From positions 1 to 31,873 of the forward strand of contig JAWOGX010000204.1 of NCBI GenBank assembly GCA_046496455.1: a DNA stretch of 31,873 nt. Direction: 5' to 3'. Source of the stretch: Bacteroidales bacterium. Its GTDB lineage: Bacteria > Bacteroidota > Bacteroidia > Bacteroidales > SKPS01. Below, in pieces: positions 1 to 8,088 of the stretch; within the stretch, counting starts at the first letter, position 1, and every line of letters starts with the position of its first letter. Under the pieces are notes generated by a model. That model saw only the letters and a list, made by a program, of their open reading frames with translations, had not been told where the DNA came from and did no database searches. The position numbers and the translations under genes are program-made.

Positions 1-236
1 CTCACGGTAACGCTGGCTGCTTCCAGGGAAGTGATCAATATGCGACATGTAGGCGAGGCGGTTATATTCTTCATAAATCCAAGCCAGAAATATGTTCCCT
101 GTGATGAAATCTGACCGGATAGGGGGGAAGTCAGAAGAATAAGCATCACGGCCAGAACAACCCAGATCCTGTGCAAAGACCATAAAGGCAAGACTGCTCC
201 TGGGATATTTCTCTGCATCTGATGGATTAAGCACAT
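1..236 (-). CDS. N-terminal part (runs off window) of a secreted protein with an IgGFc-binding-like N-terminal domain
   Basis: Not in the ORF track. Hand translation of the minus strand from ATG 236 (alternative ATG 218) is open to the window edge: MCLIHQMQRNIPGAVLPLWSLHRIWVVLAVMLILLTSPLSGQISSQGTYFWLGFMKNITASPTCRILITSLEAASVTV. It has a signal peptide, then S-x-G-T-x-F-W-L-G-F-M-x-N, which I recognise from Bacteroidota IgGFc_binding-domain proteins. Confidence 0.6.
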   Translation of the reverse strand, partial: MCLIHQMQRNIPGAVLPLWSLHRIWVVLAVMLILLTSPLSGQISSQGTYFWLGFMKNITASPTCRILITSLEAASVTV

Positions 237-355
237 AAGCGAATTGCTTTATGTTGATTGCTTCCTGAGCCATTAGCCGATCTAATTGCCCTGATCTTCA
301 GTAAATTTATTATTTCTTTGACTCAATTTCTGACAATTGGTTTAAAAATTAAATT

Positions 356-363
356 TATATTTG
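356..363 (+). promoter_or_regulatory. Bacteroidota sigma70 -7 element (TATATTTG)
   Basis: Exact TAnnTTTG match ~40 nt upstream of ATG 403, in an AT-rich divergent intergenic region. Confidence 0.6.
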
Positions 364-402
364 ATGTCTTACCTTTGTGTATCCACCCAAAACCTTTTCG
401 TT

Positions 403-930
403 ATGAAAAAGCTGCTGTTTCTTTTTTCGATGGTTCTGATGGCACTTATGTTTACCGAATGTACCAAAGAGGGGCCCAGGGGGCGTCCGGGTGCCGATGG
501 AAAGGATGGCACAGACGGCAACGCCAATGTGCAATCTTATCTCTTTACAAATCCCACCACAATAGAATGGGATGCTTCCAACAGCATTTATCTCTATTAC
601 GATACTGTTTTTGCTGTCCCCGACAGTATCAGGAATGAAGGGATAATTCTGATCTATATGCAATATCAGGAGACAGGAACAGCCTGGTATTTTGTGCCCG
701 GGCTCGGGCCGAATGGTTTATGGAACACCAGGATCTGGATCACAGAAAATTATATCAGGATTTATGCCCTCAATCCTGATGGAACTTCCTACTCCGGCAC
801 CCCCCTTTTCACCCCTGTCACCATCAGGGTTGTGCTCATCCCGCCAACTGCGGCTACGGTCATCGCCCGTAAAGGCAATCCACCCAATTATGAAGACTAT
901 TTTGCGGTGGAGGAATATTTCGGCTTGTAG
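403..930 (+). CDS. Putative lipoprotein with a short collagen-like segment
   Basis: MKKLLFLFSMVLMALMFTEC signal ending in Cys, then GPRGRPGADGKDGTDG-NANV and a C-terminal DYFAVEEYFGL. This is a common Bacteroidota architecture. Start moved from 361 to ATG 403 because 356-363 is a promoter element. Confidence 0.8.
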   Translation: MKKLLFLFSMVLMALMFTECTKEGPRGRPGADGKDGTDGNANVQSYLFTNPTTIEWDASNSIYLYYDTVFAVPDSIRNEGIILIYMQYQETGTAWYFVPGLGPNGLWNTRIWITENYIRIYALNPDGTSYSGTPLFTPVTIRVVLIPPTAATVIARKGNPPNYEDYFAVEEYFGL

Positions 931-1032
931 TATCCGGTGTGTCTGTTTTTTTTCAGGGTTAGTGTTCGGAAAGCCCCACATTTCCTTACTTTTAACCTCT
1001 GAACCTGTATAGTTACCTTACACACCAATGCG

Positions 1033-2619
1033 ATGAAAATGCTCCAATGCCTTTTGCCGGTGCAGTTATTCGGCTTTCTGCTCCTTTTGTTGCCGGCCAG
1101 CCTCACTGCAGGCTCCGGTACGATTAATTTTGTGGAGACTGAAGTTGTGCTGGGCGCTGACGGCAGTGCAGTAGTTACTTATACCGTGCAATATGAGGTG
1201 ATGATAGCTCCCTTGCACGGCTTTTATTTCAGGAATGAAGACCGCCTCACCATTTCCCGTTTTCTTGACAGTGCATTTGCTGTGGATGACTTTGGCATCC
1301 GCTATCCTCTCGAGATAAAGAAGCTCTCTCACAACTATTTCGATATACTGCTGGCCAATGGAAGGGGCGTGGACCAGGGAAAGGTCACCTACTTCTTTGC
1401 CTTTGAAACCAACTTCGCCGGTGCAGAATACCTGGCTCGTACCGTAAAGGATGACAGCACCGCCCTGATGGTGTTCAGCTGGGCTCCGATGGTCTGGGAT
1501 GAAGGATTCCGGCAATCGCATTATACCCTCCGCCTGGTGCTGCCCGTCACAGTCCCCGATGGTGTGGAGGCCCGGACCTGGGTGGAGGAAAACAGCCTGA
1601 TCCTCACCGAAATGTTCATGAATAGTGAATACAGGCTTGATTATCAGAAGAATAATAAAGGAAACCTGGTGTTTCTGGTGCACAGCGAGAATCCTCCCAA
1701 CAACTACCATATGAGGGTGCAGTTTTATATGCCTGAACGCTGGTTTGGGGAGGTCCCCACCAGGGAGGACATCCGGTCGGAGCAACGGAAGAAAGACTCG
1801 GGATATTACATCGGGGGGTTCAGCATCCTTGCCCTGATCCTGGCCGGGCTGATGCGCAGCAAGCAGAAATCGATGATCAGGGCGCACAAAGGGCTGAAGG
1901 ATGTGAGCTGGGACTCCCTGAACTGGGCACCACCAAAGCTGGTGCTGGCCAACTACCAGATTCCCGGAAAAATCTGCACCGACCTCACCATCCTCGAGGC
2001 CGCCTTTTACCTGTCACTGCCCGTCAACCGGATCCTGAGCGCCATGATTGTGATGCTCGAAGGGGAGGGATATATCGAAGTGACTCAACGAGACCCCCTG
2101 CGTGGAAAGGCGGTGCCCGGCGCAAACCTGAACAACCTTGATGAGTACGAATCAAAACTCTGTTCCTCCATAGCCAATGATGGCATCTTCGCACAGGATG
2201 AGCTCGAAGCACTCATGAACCTGGTGGTAACCAATATCCAGAAAAAAGCGTGGGATTGCGATGTGGAGGAGACCAAAAAACACTATGCACAGAAGCTGAT
2301 CGACTGGGGAAAACAAAACCTGGAAGGTGATCGGGAAAAGATGACAAGTCAGGATGATCTGTGGACAGCATGGTATTACGGCTATCACCCCAACGCATGG
2401 CGTTATGTCCATAAGGATCCATGGCAATACCAGGCTGATGTCCCCGTTGAAACCGATCACCTGGTCCAGGGAAGTTTACTTCATTCCGATCTGGTACTCG
2501 ACATGAATGTCTGCCACGACGCATGCCACTCCGCCTGTCACTCTGCCTGCCATTCCGCCTGCCATTCCGCCTGCCACTCTGCCTGTCACTCTGCCTGTGT
2601 CAGCGGCGGATCACATTAG
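1033..2619 (+). CDS. DUF2207-like membrane protein with a C-terminal (CHxA)n Cys/His repeat tail; putative radical SAM substrate
   Basis: Signal peptide (~aa 1-27). N-domain VETEVVLGADGSAVVTYTVQY...HGFY resembles the DUF2207 start. One TM (YYIGGFSILALILAGLM) is followed by RSKQK (positive-inside). WAPPK...DLTILEAAFYL resembles the DUF2207 cytoplasmic part. Ends CHDACHSACHSACHSACHSACHSACHSACVSGGSH. Confidence 0.8.
   Translation: MKMLQCLLPVQLFGFLLLLLPASLTAGSGTINFVETEVVLGADGSAVVTYTVQYEVMIAPLHGFYFRNEDRLTISRFLDSAFAVDDFGIRYPLEIKKLSHNYFDILLANGRGVDQGKVTYFFAFETNFAGAEYLARTVKDDSTALMVFSWAPMVWDEGFRQSHYTLRLVLPVTVPDGVEARTWVEENSLILTEMFMNSEYRLDYQKNNKGNLVFLVHSENPPNNYHMRVQFYMPERWFGEVPTREDIRSEQRKKDSGYYIGGFSILALILAGLMRSKQKSMIRAHKGLKDVSWDSLNWAPPKLVLANYQIPGKICTDLTILEAAFYLSLPVNRILSAMIVMLEGEGYIEVTQRDPLRGKAVPGANLNNLDEYESKLCSSIANDGIFAQDELEALMNLVVTNIQKKAWDCDVEETKKHYAQKLIDWGKQNLEGDREKMTSQDDLWTAWYYGYHPNAWRYVHKDPWQYQADVPVETDHLVQGSLLHSDLVLDMNVCHDACHSACHSACHSACHSACHSACHSACVSGGSH
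2512..2598 (+). repeat. 12-bp coding tandem repeat encoding CHDA-(CHSA)6-C
   Basis: tgc cac gac gca | tgc cac tcc gcc | tgt cac tct gcc | tgc cat tcc gcc | tgc cat tcc gcc | tgc cac tct gcc | tgt cac tct gcc | tgt. Differences among the six CHSA units are all synonymous. Confidence 0.97.
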
Positions 2620-2631
2620 AAGGATCAGCAA

Positions 2632-3966
2632 ATGAAGAAACACGACAGCGATATTGCGTGGATTGACGGGTATATCCGCCGTATCAGGCCGTATGTATGG
2701 GTGAGGACGGAAGACAATCTGCTGATCAAGCGTCCGAACGTGGCTACCCGCCTGAACCATACCGGTGCTGTCCTGCTGAAAGCACTGCTCGATGGGGTAC
2801 CTTTCAGGAAGGTGCTGAAACGCGCCGGCAGCCACAGGAAAGCAGAACTGCTCTCCTTCATGCTGGCTGTAAAGGGGTACCTGGAAGGGAACCTAGACCA
2901 GTTCACCCTGAATCCGGCCGTGGAACATGCCCCGTTTGAGATGAATTTCTCCGTTTTTCCTGTTCTGTCGGAGCTGGCCATCACCTACCGCTGCAATCTG
3001 AAATGCCGGTTCTGCTACGCCGGGTGCAATGGTATTGATGAGATGACAGGGAAGTACCCGGAACTCAGCACCCTGGAGCTGAAAAGGCTGATCCGGGTGA
3101 TCTTTGAAGAGGCCAGGGTTCCTTCCATCAGTTTCACGGGTGGCGAACCGATGCTGCGCAGTGACCTATGCGAGCTGGTTGCCTGTGCCAGCCGGCTGGG
3201 AATGCGTGTCAACCTGATCACCAACGGCACCCTGGTCACCAGCGAAAAGGCAATCAAACTCAGAGAGGCCGGCCTCGACTCTGCCCAGGTCTCGATCGAA
3301 GGCACCCACCAGGCATTGCACGAGGCGCTTACCGGGGTCCCCGGCAGTTTCGGGAGGACCTTGCGTGGCATCGATGCATTGCAGGATACAGGTATCCATG
3401 TGCATACCAATACCACCCTCAATGCAATCAACGCCGAAGATGCGCTCAACCTTCCTGACTTTGTGAAAACCAGGTTCGGATTCAACAAATTCAGCATGAA
3501 CCTGGTCATACCGGTTGGAAACACCACGCTCAACAGGGAAACGGTGATCCCTTACCACCAGGCAGGGGAATGGATTGAAAAGATCCGGGATGCTGCGGCA
3601 ACAGCCGGTGTTGAGTTTATGTGGTATTCACCGGTGCCGATGTGTATGTACAACACCATCACAGCAGGACTTGGCAACAAAGGATGCAGTGCCTGCGATG
3701 GCCTTCTCTCCGTGGCCCCCGACGGATCGGTGCTCCCCTGTGCCTCTTTCGATGAGGCGGTAGGAAACCTGCTCCGTGATCTTTTCCGTGAAATCTGGGA
3801 GTCAGCACGTTGCACCTTCCTGCGGGAGAAAGGACTCGCCCATCCCCATTGCACCAACTGCAAGGACTTCAGGATTTGCAACGGGGCTTGCCCGCTTTAC
3901 TGGGAGGCCATGGGCTGCGAAGAACTCGAAAGGTTGATTGAACAAACCAATACCGTAACGATATGA
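2632..3966 (+). CDS. Radical SAM/SPASM peptide-maturase-like enzyme with putative N-terminal PqqD/RRE-like domain
   Basis: CNLKCRFC (CX3CX2C), FTGGEP, LITNG and VSIEG core motifs. SPASM region: C...GCSAC...VAPDGSVLPC...CTNCKDFRICNGAC (CX2CX5CX3C). A ~95-aa N-terminal extension contains RLNHTGAVLLKALLDG. Confidence 0.92.
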   Translation: MKKHDSDIAWIDGYIRRIRPYVWVRTEDNLLIKRPNVATRLNHTGAVLLKALLDGVPFRKVLKRAGSHRKAELLSFMLAVKGYLEGNLDQFTLNPAVEHAPFEMNFSVFPVLSELAITYRCNLKCRFCYAGCNGIDEMTGKYPELSTLELKRLIRVIFEEARVPSISFTGGEPMLRSDLCELVACASRLGMRVNLITNGTLVTSEKAIKLREAGLDSAQVSIEGTHQALHEALTGVPGSFGRTLRGIDALQDTGIHVHTNTTLNAINAEDALNLPDFVKTRFGFNKFSMNLVIPVGNTTLNRETVIPYHQAGEWIEKIRDAAATAGVEFMWYSPVPMCMYNTITAGLGNKGCSACDGLLSVAPDGSVLPCASFDEAVGNLLRDLFREIWESARCTFLREKGLAHPHCTNCKDFRICNGACPLYWEAMGCEELERLIEQTNTVTI

Positions 3967-4913
3967 CCCAACAAAATTCCGCTCAGGACGATAATATCGT
4001 GGTTTACCATCTCTTCCGGAAAATGCCCCCTGCAAAACGGCTCTTGATAGCATTCTTCCTGATTGCAGCCGGCTTCGCCTTACAGTTTTATCTGGTGCAC
4101 TTCCTGCCGGGACTGCCCATTGCCATCTTCGGAATGGTGCTCCTCCTCGTTAAGGGGTACAGCAACAAAGTGAATTTCAAAGGGTATGATCCGTCAGCAA
4201 AGTGGGAGGTGGTTGATCGCTCTGCCCTCGAACAGGTCGTGGAACTGAATGTGAAGATGAAACGGTGGGCCAGGAGCGTTACAAGCATCTCCAGTGGCAT
4301 CGGTGCATTTGTTTTCTTCATCCTCCTGATCGGGTTCTTTATTCTGGCAATGGCTGCTTATGCGAATGGCAACCAACCGCTGTTGATCGTTGGAGTGAAT
4401 GCCGCTTTGCTGATCCTCCCGTTCTGGTTTTCCGGCAACAAGAAAGTGTTGACCACGCCACGGCTGGTGGTGAAAATCAAAGGGTTTCTTTATGTGCTTG
4501 ATCAATTGAAGGACAGGCTTACAGACCATAAAGTTGATTATTATCTTTTAAAAATTGGTGGGGAAAAGAAGATTCCGGATGATGTCAAAATCAGGGTGAT
4601 GTTTAAAGACCAGCTTGAAAATTTCCTGGGGATGTATGTCCAGATTTCGGTCAATAGTGTCAGCGGATCAGACTACCCATACTTATATGTGGTCTTTATC
4701 GCAAAGAAGGGATTTGGGCTGAAGCAGCGCTTCAACCGGGTCAGTGTGCCCCGGGGGGTCGTTAAGGAGTATGAGTTGAAGAATGATGTGGAGGTCATCG
4801 TAATCAGGCAACTCACGACCAAAACCAGCGGTTACCATACCAGGCCGGCTGCGATGATGATGCTTTTCGCTTTGGGCATTGATGAGGGGATGAAGGTTGC
4901 CGGCAGGCATTAA
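3963..4913 (+). CDS. Uncharacterised membrane protein (4 predicted TM helices plus soluble C-terminal domain)
   Basis: ATGA start/stop overlap with the rSAM gene. Hydrophobic segments LLIAFFLIAAGFALQF, LPIAIFGMVLLLV, IGAFVFFILLIGFFILAMAAY and LLIVGVNAALLILPFWF. Confidence 0.8.
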   Translation: MTQQNSAQDDNIVVYHLFRKMPPAKRLLIAFFLIAAGFALQFYLVHFLPGLPIAIFGMVLLLVKGYSNKVNFKGYDPSAKWEVVDRSALEQVVELNVKMKRWARSVTSISSGIGAFVFFILLIGFFILAMAAYANGNQPLLIVGVNAALLILPFWFSGNKKVLTTPRLVVKIKGFLYVLDQLKDRLTDHKVDYYLLKIGGEKKIPDDVKIRVMFKDQLENFLGMYVQISVNSVSGSDYPYLYVVFIAKKGFGLKQRFNRVSVPRGVVKEYELKNDVEVIVIRQLTTKTSGYHTRPAAMMMLFALGIDEGMKVAGRH

Positions 4914-5021
4914 TATGCTCCCCGTATTGATGAAACTGACGGTGGGTGTGCACAACTGGGTTGATTGCCTGAGTTCTGAACCCCGCTGACCCATACGATG
5001 ATGCCAGGATCCTGAGGGCAC

Positions 5022-7910
5022 TTATTCTTTTGTGCTCCTTGCCTGCTTTACAGTAACTGTTTCCGGTTCCCTGTCCCTGTCGGGGCGCACCTCTTCCTTC
5101 AGCTTTTCCTGCTCTTCGGGGGTGAGGTAGTTCATCCATGCCGGATCGCGTTCGTCGGGGTTCACCAGTCTCACCCATTCGGCGCGGTGTTCTTTAGGCA
5201 CCTCGCTGATGTCGGGATAGAGGAGGCGGTCGGTGTAGGCCATCGGGCTTTCGCGCAGCCTCATATCCTCGTAGCCCTGCCGTTTGGCCACGATCCGGAA
5301 GTCGAACGCGGAACCGTCACTGGCGCCAGGGGCGTGTACGATGAAAGAGGTCTCACCTTTTTCAACCCACCAGTTGCCAAGATTGGCATTGGGGGTAATG
5401 AAAACCTTCATGGGATGCTTGCTGCTGATGGTTACGGTTTGAAGAAAATCGGCAGGAACCTGAACCACAGCCATACCATTCTGGATGGTAGCATTTCCGA
5501 AGTCCTCGAACCAGTTTTCCGGCGACTCCTGGCAGTAAACCTCCCTGGGACCGTCAGGGGTTCTGACCACAGCACTTTTGGTCCCTGATCCAGCCAGCCC
5601 TCCAGTGTAATACACTCCATAACTGGGTGTTGCATTTGAAGAACTTAAACTGGCATAAACACCACGGGCGTAAGCGAAACCGCTTGAGGATGCCACACTG
5701 GTACTTGCATACAATCCATAAATATATCTGCCTGCAGTCCCTGTCTGATCGTCATCAGCTATTGCCCGGAAGGCATAAACTGAAGCATCGGAAGCTCCTG
5801 TCTTCTGAACGTCGGAGTATACGCCATAAGTAGTGTATGTGCCTGGTGTGGAATTATCGATGACGAACTGTGCGCCATAAAGAGTACCTCCGGCTGTCCT
5901 GTTGAAATTCAAAAAGACACCATAGTTGTAGTCATTTCCCGGATATAGCCCAAGCATGTCACTGGCATAGGTTGAACTTGTATTGATACCGATGGAGCTG
6001 CTCAGATCATCGATCATGAAGGTGTTGTCGGAGGACCCACCGTAGCCCCAGTTTTTGATCTGGAAGTCATTGCCTGATCCCCAGGTCCCTACAACCCATT
6101 TTTCAATGCCGCTGGAACGATAAGAGATAAAATGGTTGTGGGAGTCTGATCCTTTATCTAAAATTATATATGCGTCCCCTATCCCTTTGGCACGCACCCC
6201 TCCCGAAACATCCGTGTTGATATCCAGGTTGTACGAAGGGTTGGTATTGCCAAGCCCCAGCCTTCCTTGTGAGCTTTTCAGGTAGGCCTGGTCGTTGAAG
6301 TTGATGTCTACGGTACCACCATCGCCAATTTTTACCACGTCCGTGGTCCCTTCATAAAGGTCCAGCATGGTGGCATTTCCGGCCGTAAACTTTATCCGGT
6401 CGGGTTCAAAGTAGATGTAGGTGTCTCCATCCCCGTTGTGGAAAATGTAATCATTCACGCCAACATCGCCGTTCACCGTGAGCTGGCGGTCAGGGGTATA
6501 AGTGTTTATCCCTACCTTGCCTGTATTTGCCACCACCAGATCGGGGTAGCCGGTGCCGGAATTTTGCCCGGAAATATAGATGGCATCATTCGTAGCATTA
6601 TGATAGACCCATCCATCATATACACCCTGGTCATAGAAGGCGATACCTGCGTTGGCAAGTGTGGAATTCAGGTAGACAAAGGGGGTCTGGTCATCAATAA
6701 CAAGGTCTCCGACATTAAAAAGGTGGAGGGCATTGCCTGGTGTGGATGTACCGATCCCCAGTCTTTTGGTAGTATTGTCCCATACCAGGTCATTGGAGCC
6801 GTTGAACAAGCCGTTATCGTTGAATTGGATGTTTTTGTTGGATCCGCCTATGGGGGGCATTGGCCCCTGTGGCCCCTGGGGTCCCTGAGGTCCGGTGGGT
6901 CCGGCAGCACCGTCGTTGCCCGGAAGGCCCTGAGGCCCCTGAGGGCCGGTTAATCCGACAGGGCCCTGGGGACCTTGTGGACCGATAGGGCCCGTTGCAC
7001 CGTCGTTGCCCGGAAGACCCTGCGGCCCCTGAGGTCCGGTATTACCTGTCAATCCCTGCGGCCCCTGTGGTCCGATTGGTCCGGTAGCACCGTCATTGCC
7101 CGGAGGGCCCTGAGGTCCGGTTAATCCAATGGGGCCCTGGGGACCTTGCGGACCCATAGGGCCCGTTGCACCGTCATTGCCCGGAAGGCCTTGTGGTCCT
7201 GCCGGCCCGACCGGACCAGTGGCACCCGGAGGCCCTACTGCTCCTGTATCACCAGGGACTCCTTGTGGTCCCTGCGGCCCTGCTGGCCCTTGTGGTCCAG
7301 TGGCGCCGGTTAATCCCTGCGGTCCCTGTGCCCCAGTGGCGCCGGTTAATCCCTGCGGCCCCTGTGGTCCTGTGGCGCCGGTTAACCCCTGTGGCCCTGT
7401 GGCTCCCTGTGGTCCCTGCGGCCCTGTGGCCCCCTGCGGTCCTGTGGCCCCCTGTGGACCTTGTGGCCCCTGAGGCCCTGCAGGTCCCTGAGGCCCCGGT
7501 GTCTCTGAATTTTTTGAATAAAGGGCATAGGGCACACTGAGAAGTTCAGCCTCTCCCATATTTACATAGGATGTGCCTCCTGAAGGATCAATCTCTATCC
7601 GCAAATAGCGGCTGCCAGCACCCCAGTCTATTGTGGAGAATGTACCGGAAAGAACGGTCCCCCCCCCGATACCCAACGAAAAAAGACCGTAATCATTCGT
7701 GGTCTCCATATGGGATTCAGTATAAAGAATGTTCCCTGTGGGGGAGCCGTCCAGGATTGAAATCCTCAGGGACACACCCTGGTTTGCCAGTAGAAGGCCC
7801 GATCCGTCACGGGCTACTGCCTGATAGTTGAATTTTTCCGGAACCTGCCCTTCCAGGGAAAGTGTTGCGAGTACCAGGAAAACAAGAATGAGTCTTCTGC
7901 AATTTTCCAT
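5022..7910 (-). CDS. Secreted collagen-triple-helix / tail-fibre-like protein
   Basis: Signal peptide from ATG 7910 ([21 protein letters not shown]). Conserved Bacteroidota N-domain FNYQAVARD...SVPYALY. 71 Gly-X-Y triplets. Four (L/V/I)G(I/L)(G/N)T-type fibre motifs. C-terminal [11 protein letters not shown]...[13 protein letters not shown] domain. Confidence 0.85.
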   Translation of the reverse strand: MENCRRLILVFLVLATLSLEGQVPEKFNYQAVARDGSGLLLANQGVSLRISILDGSPTGNILYTESHMETTNDYGLFSLGIGGGTVLSGTFSTIDWGAGSRYLRIEIDPSGGTSYVNMGEAELLSVPYALYSKNSETPGPQGPAGPQGPQGPQGATGPQGATGPQGPQGATGPQGLTGATGPQGPQGLTGATGAQGPQGLTGATGPQGPAGPQGPQGVPGDTGAVGPPGATGPVGPAGPQGLPGNDGATGPMGPQGPQGPIGLTGPQGPPGNDGATGPIGPQGPQGLTGNTGPQGPQGLPGNDGATGPIGPQGPQGPVGLTGPQGPQGLPGNDGAAGPTGPQGPQGPQGPMPPIGGSNKNIQFNDNGLFNGSNDLVWDNTTKRLGIGTSTPGNALHLFNVGDLVIDDQTPFVYLNSTLANAGIAFYDQGVYDGWVYHNATNDAIYISGQNSGTGYPDLVVANTGKVGINTYTPDRQLTVNGDVGVNDYIFHNGDGDTYIYFEPDRIKFTAGNATMLDLYEGTTDVVKIGDGGTVDINFNDQAYLKSSQGRLGLGNTNPSYNLDINTDVSGGVRAKGIGDAYIILDKGSDSHNHFISYRSSGIEKWVVGTWGSGNDFQIKNWGYGGSSDNTFMIDDLSSSIGINTSSTYASDMLGLYPGNDYNYGVFLNFNRTAGGTLYGAQFVIDNSTPGTYTTYGVYSDVQKTGASDASVYAFRAIADDDQTGTAGRYIYGLYASTSVASSSGFAYARGVYASLSSSNATPSYGVYYTGGLAGSGTKSAVVRTPDGPREVYCQESPENWFEDFGNATIQNGMAVVQVPADFLQTVTISSKHPMKVFITPNANLGNWWVEKGETSFIVHAPGASDGSAFDFRIVAKRQGYEDMRLRESPMAYTDRLLYPDISEVPKEHRAEWVRLVNPDERDPAWMNYLTPEEQEKLKEEVRPDRDREPETVTVKQARSTKE
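6858..7496 (-). repeat. Collagen Gly-X-Y repeat, 71 uninterrupted triplets
   Basis: Counted from the translation (GPQ...GPM). Includes four higher-order G(L/P)PGNDGA(T/A)GPxGPQGPQG units. Confidence 0.95.
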
Positions 7911-8088
7911 GATAATAAATTTAGTTTGAGTAGATTGATAATGAATAACTACACGACTAAAATACAACTGAAAAGAGGAAAAAGCAAATGAATGCTGAAA
8001 TTTTTGGGAATGTTCATCCCTGGCGAATGATCAAAAGTAACGACGAAACATCAAAATATAGCTATGACCAGATGTTAACTATTTTTGA

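Noticed and set aside
1066-1887. 273-aa minus-strand ORF and other long antisense ORFs (e.g. 28664-29362, 31106-31705, 29684-30265)
   Set aside because: They are fully overlapped by motif-supported genes on the opposite strand, as expected for shadow ORFs.
2512-2598. CHSACH read as c-type heme-binding motifs (multiheme cytochrome)
   Set aside because: Spacing is CX3CH, not CXXCH; the motifs overlap; the tail is predicted cytoplasmic, away from periplasmic heme lyases; and there are no cytochrome maturation genes nearby.
2512-2598. Tail as a His-Xaa-Ser (HxsA) repeat or a neutral microsatellite
   Set aside because: The period is 4 residues, not 3, and the variation is synonymous only, which argues against neutral slippage.
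2620-2631. Shine-Dalgarno-like AAGGA before the rSAM as evidence of a non-Bacteroidota donor
   Set aside because: The same AAGGA occurs before the core gene ppiD, so it does not discriminate.
2632-3966. Calling the rSAM PqqE, NirJ/AhbC-D or MftC
   Set aside because: No pqq, heme d1/ahb or mft genes in context. The motifs support only a generic SPASM family call.
7129-7540. Cys/Pro-rich plus-strand ORFs (GPCGPVAP...) as a second precursor peptide
   Set aside because: They are the antisense reading of the collagen Gly-X-Y codons.
5022-7910. Prophage
   Set aside because: A single fibre-like gene with a Sec signal; no capsid, terminase, integrase or lysis genes.
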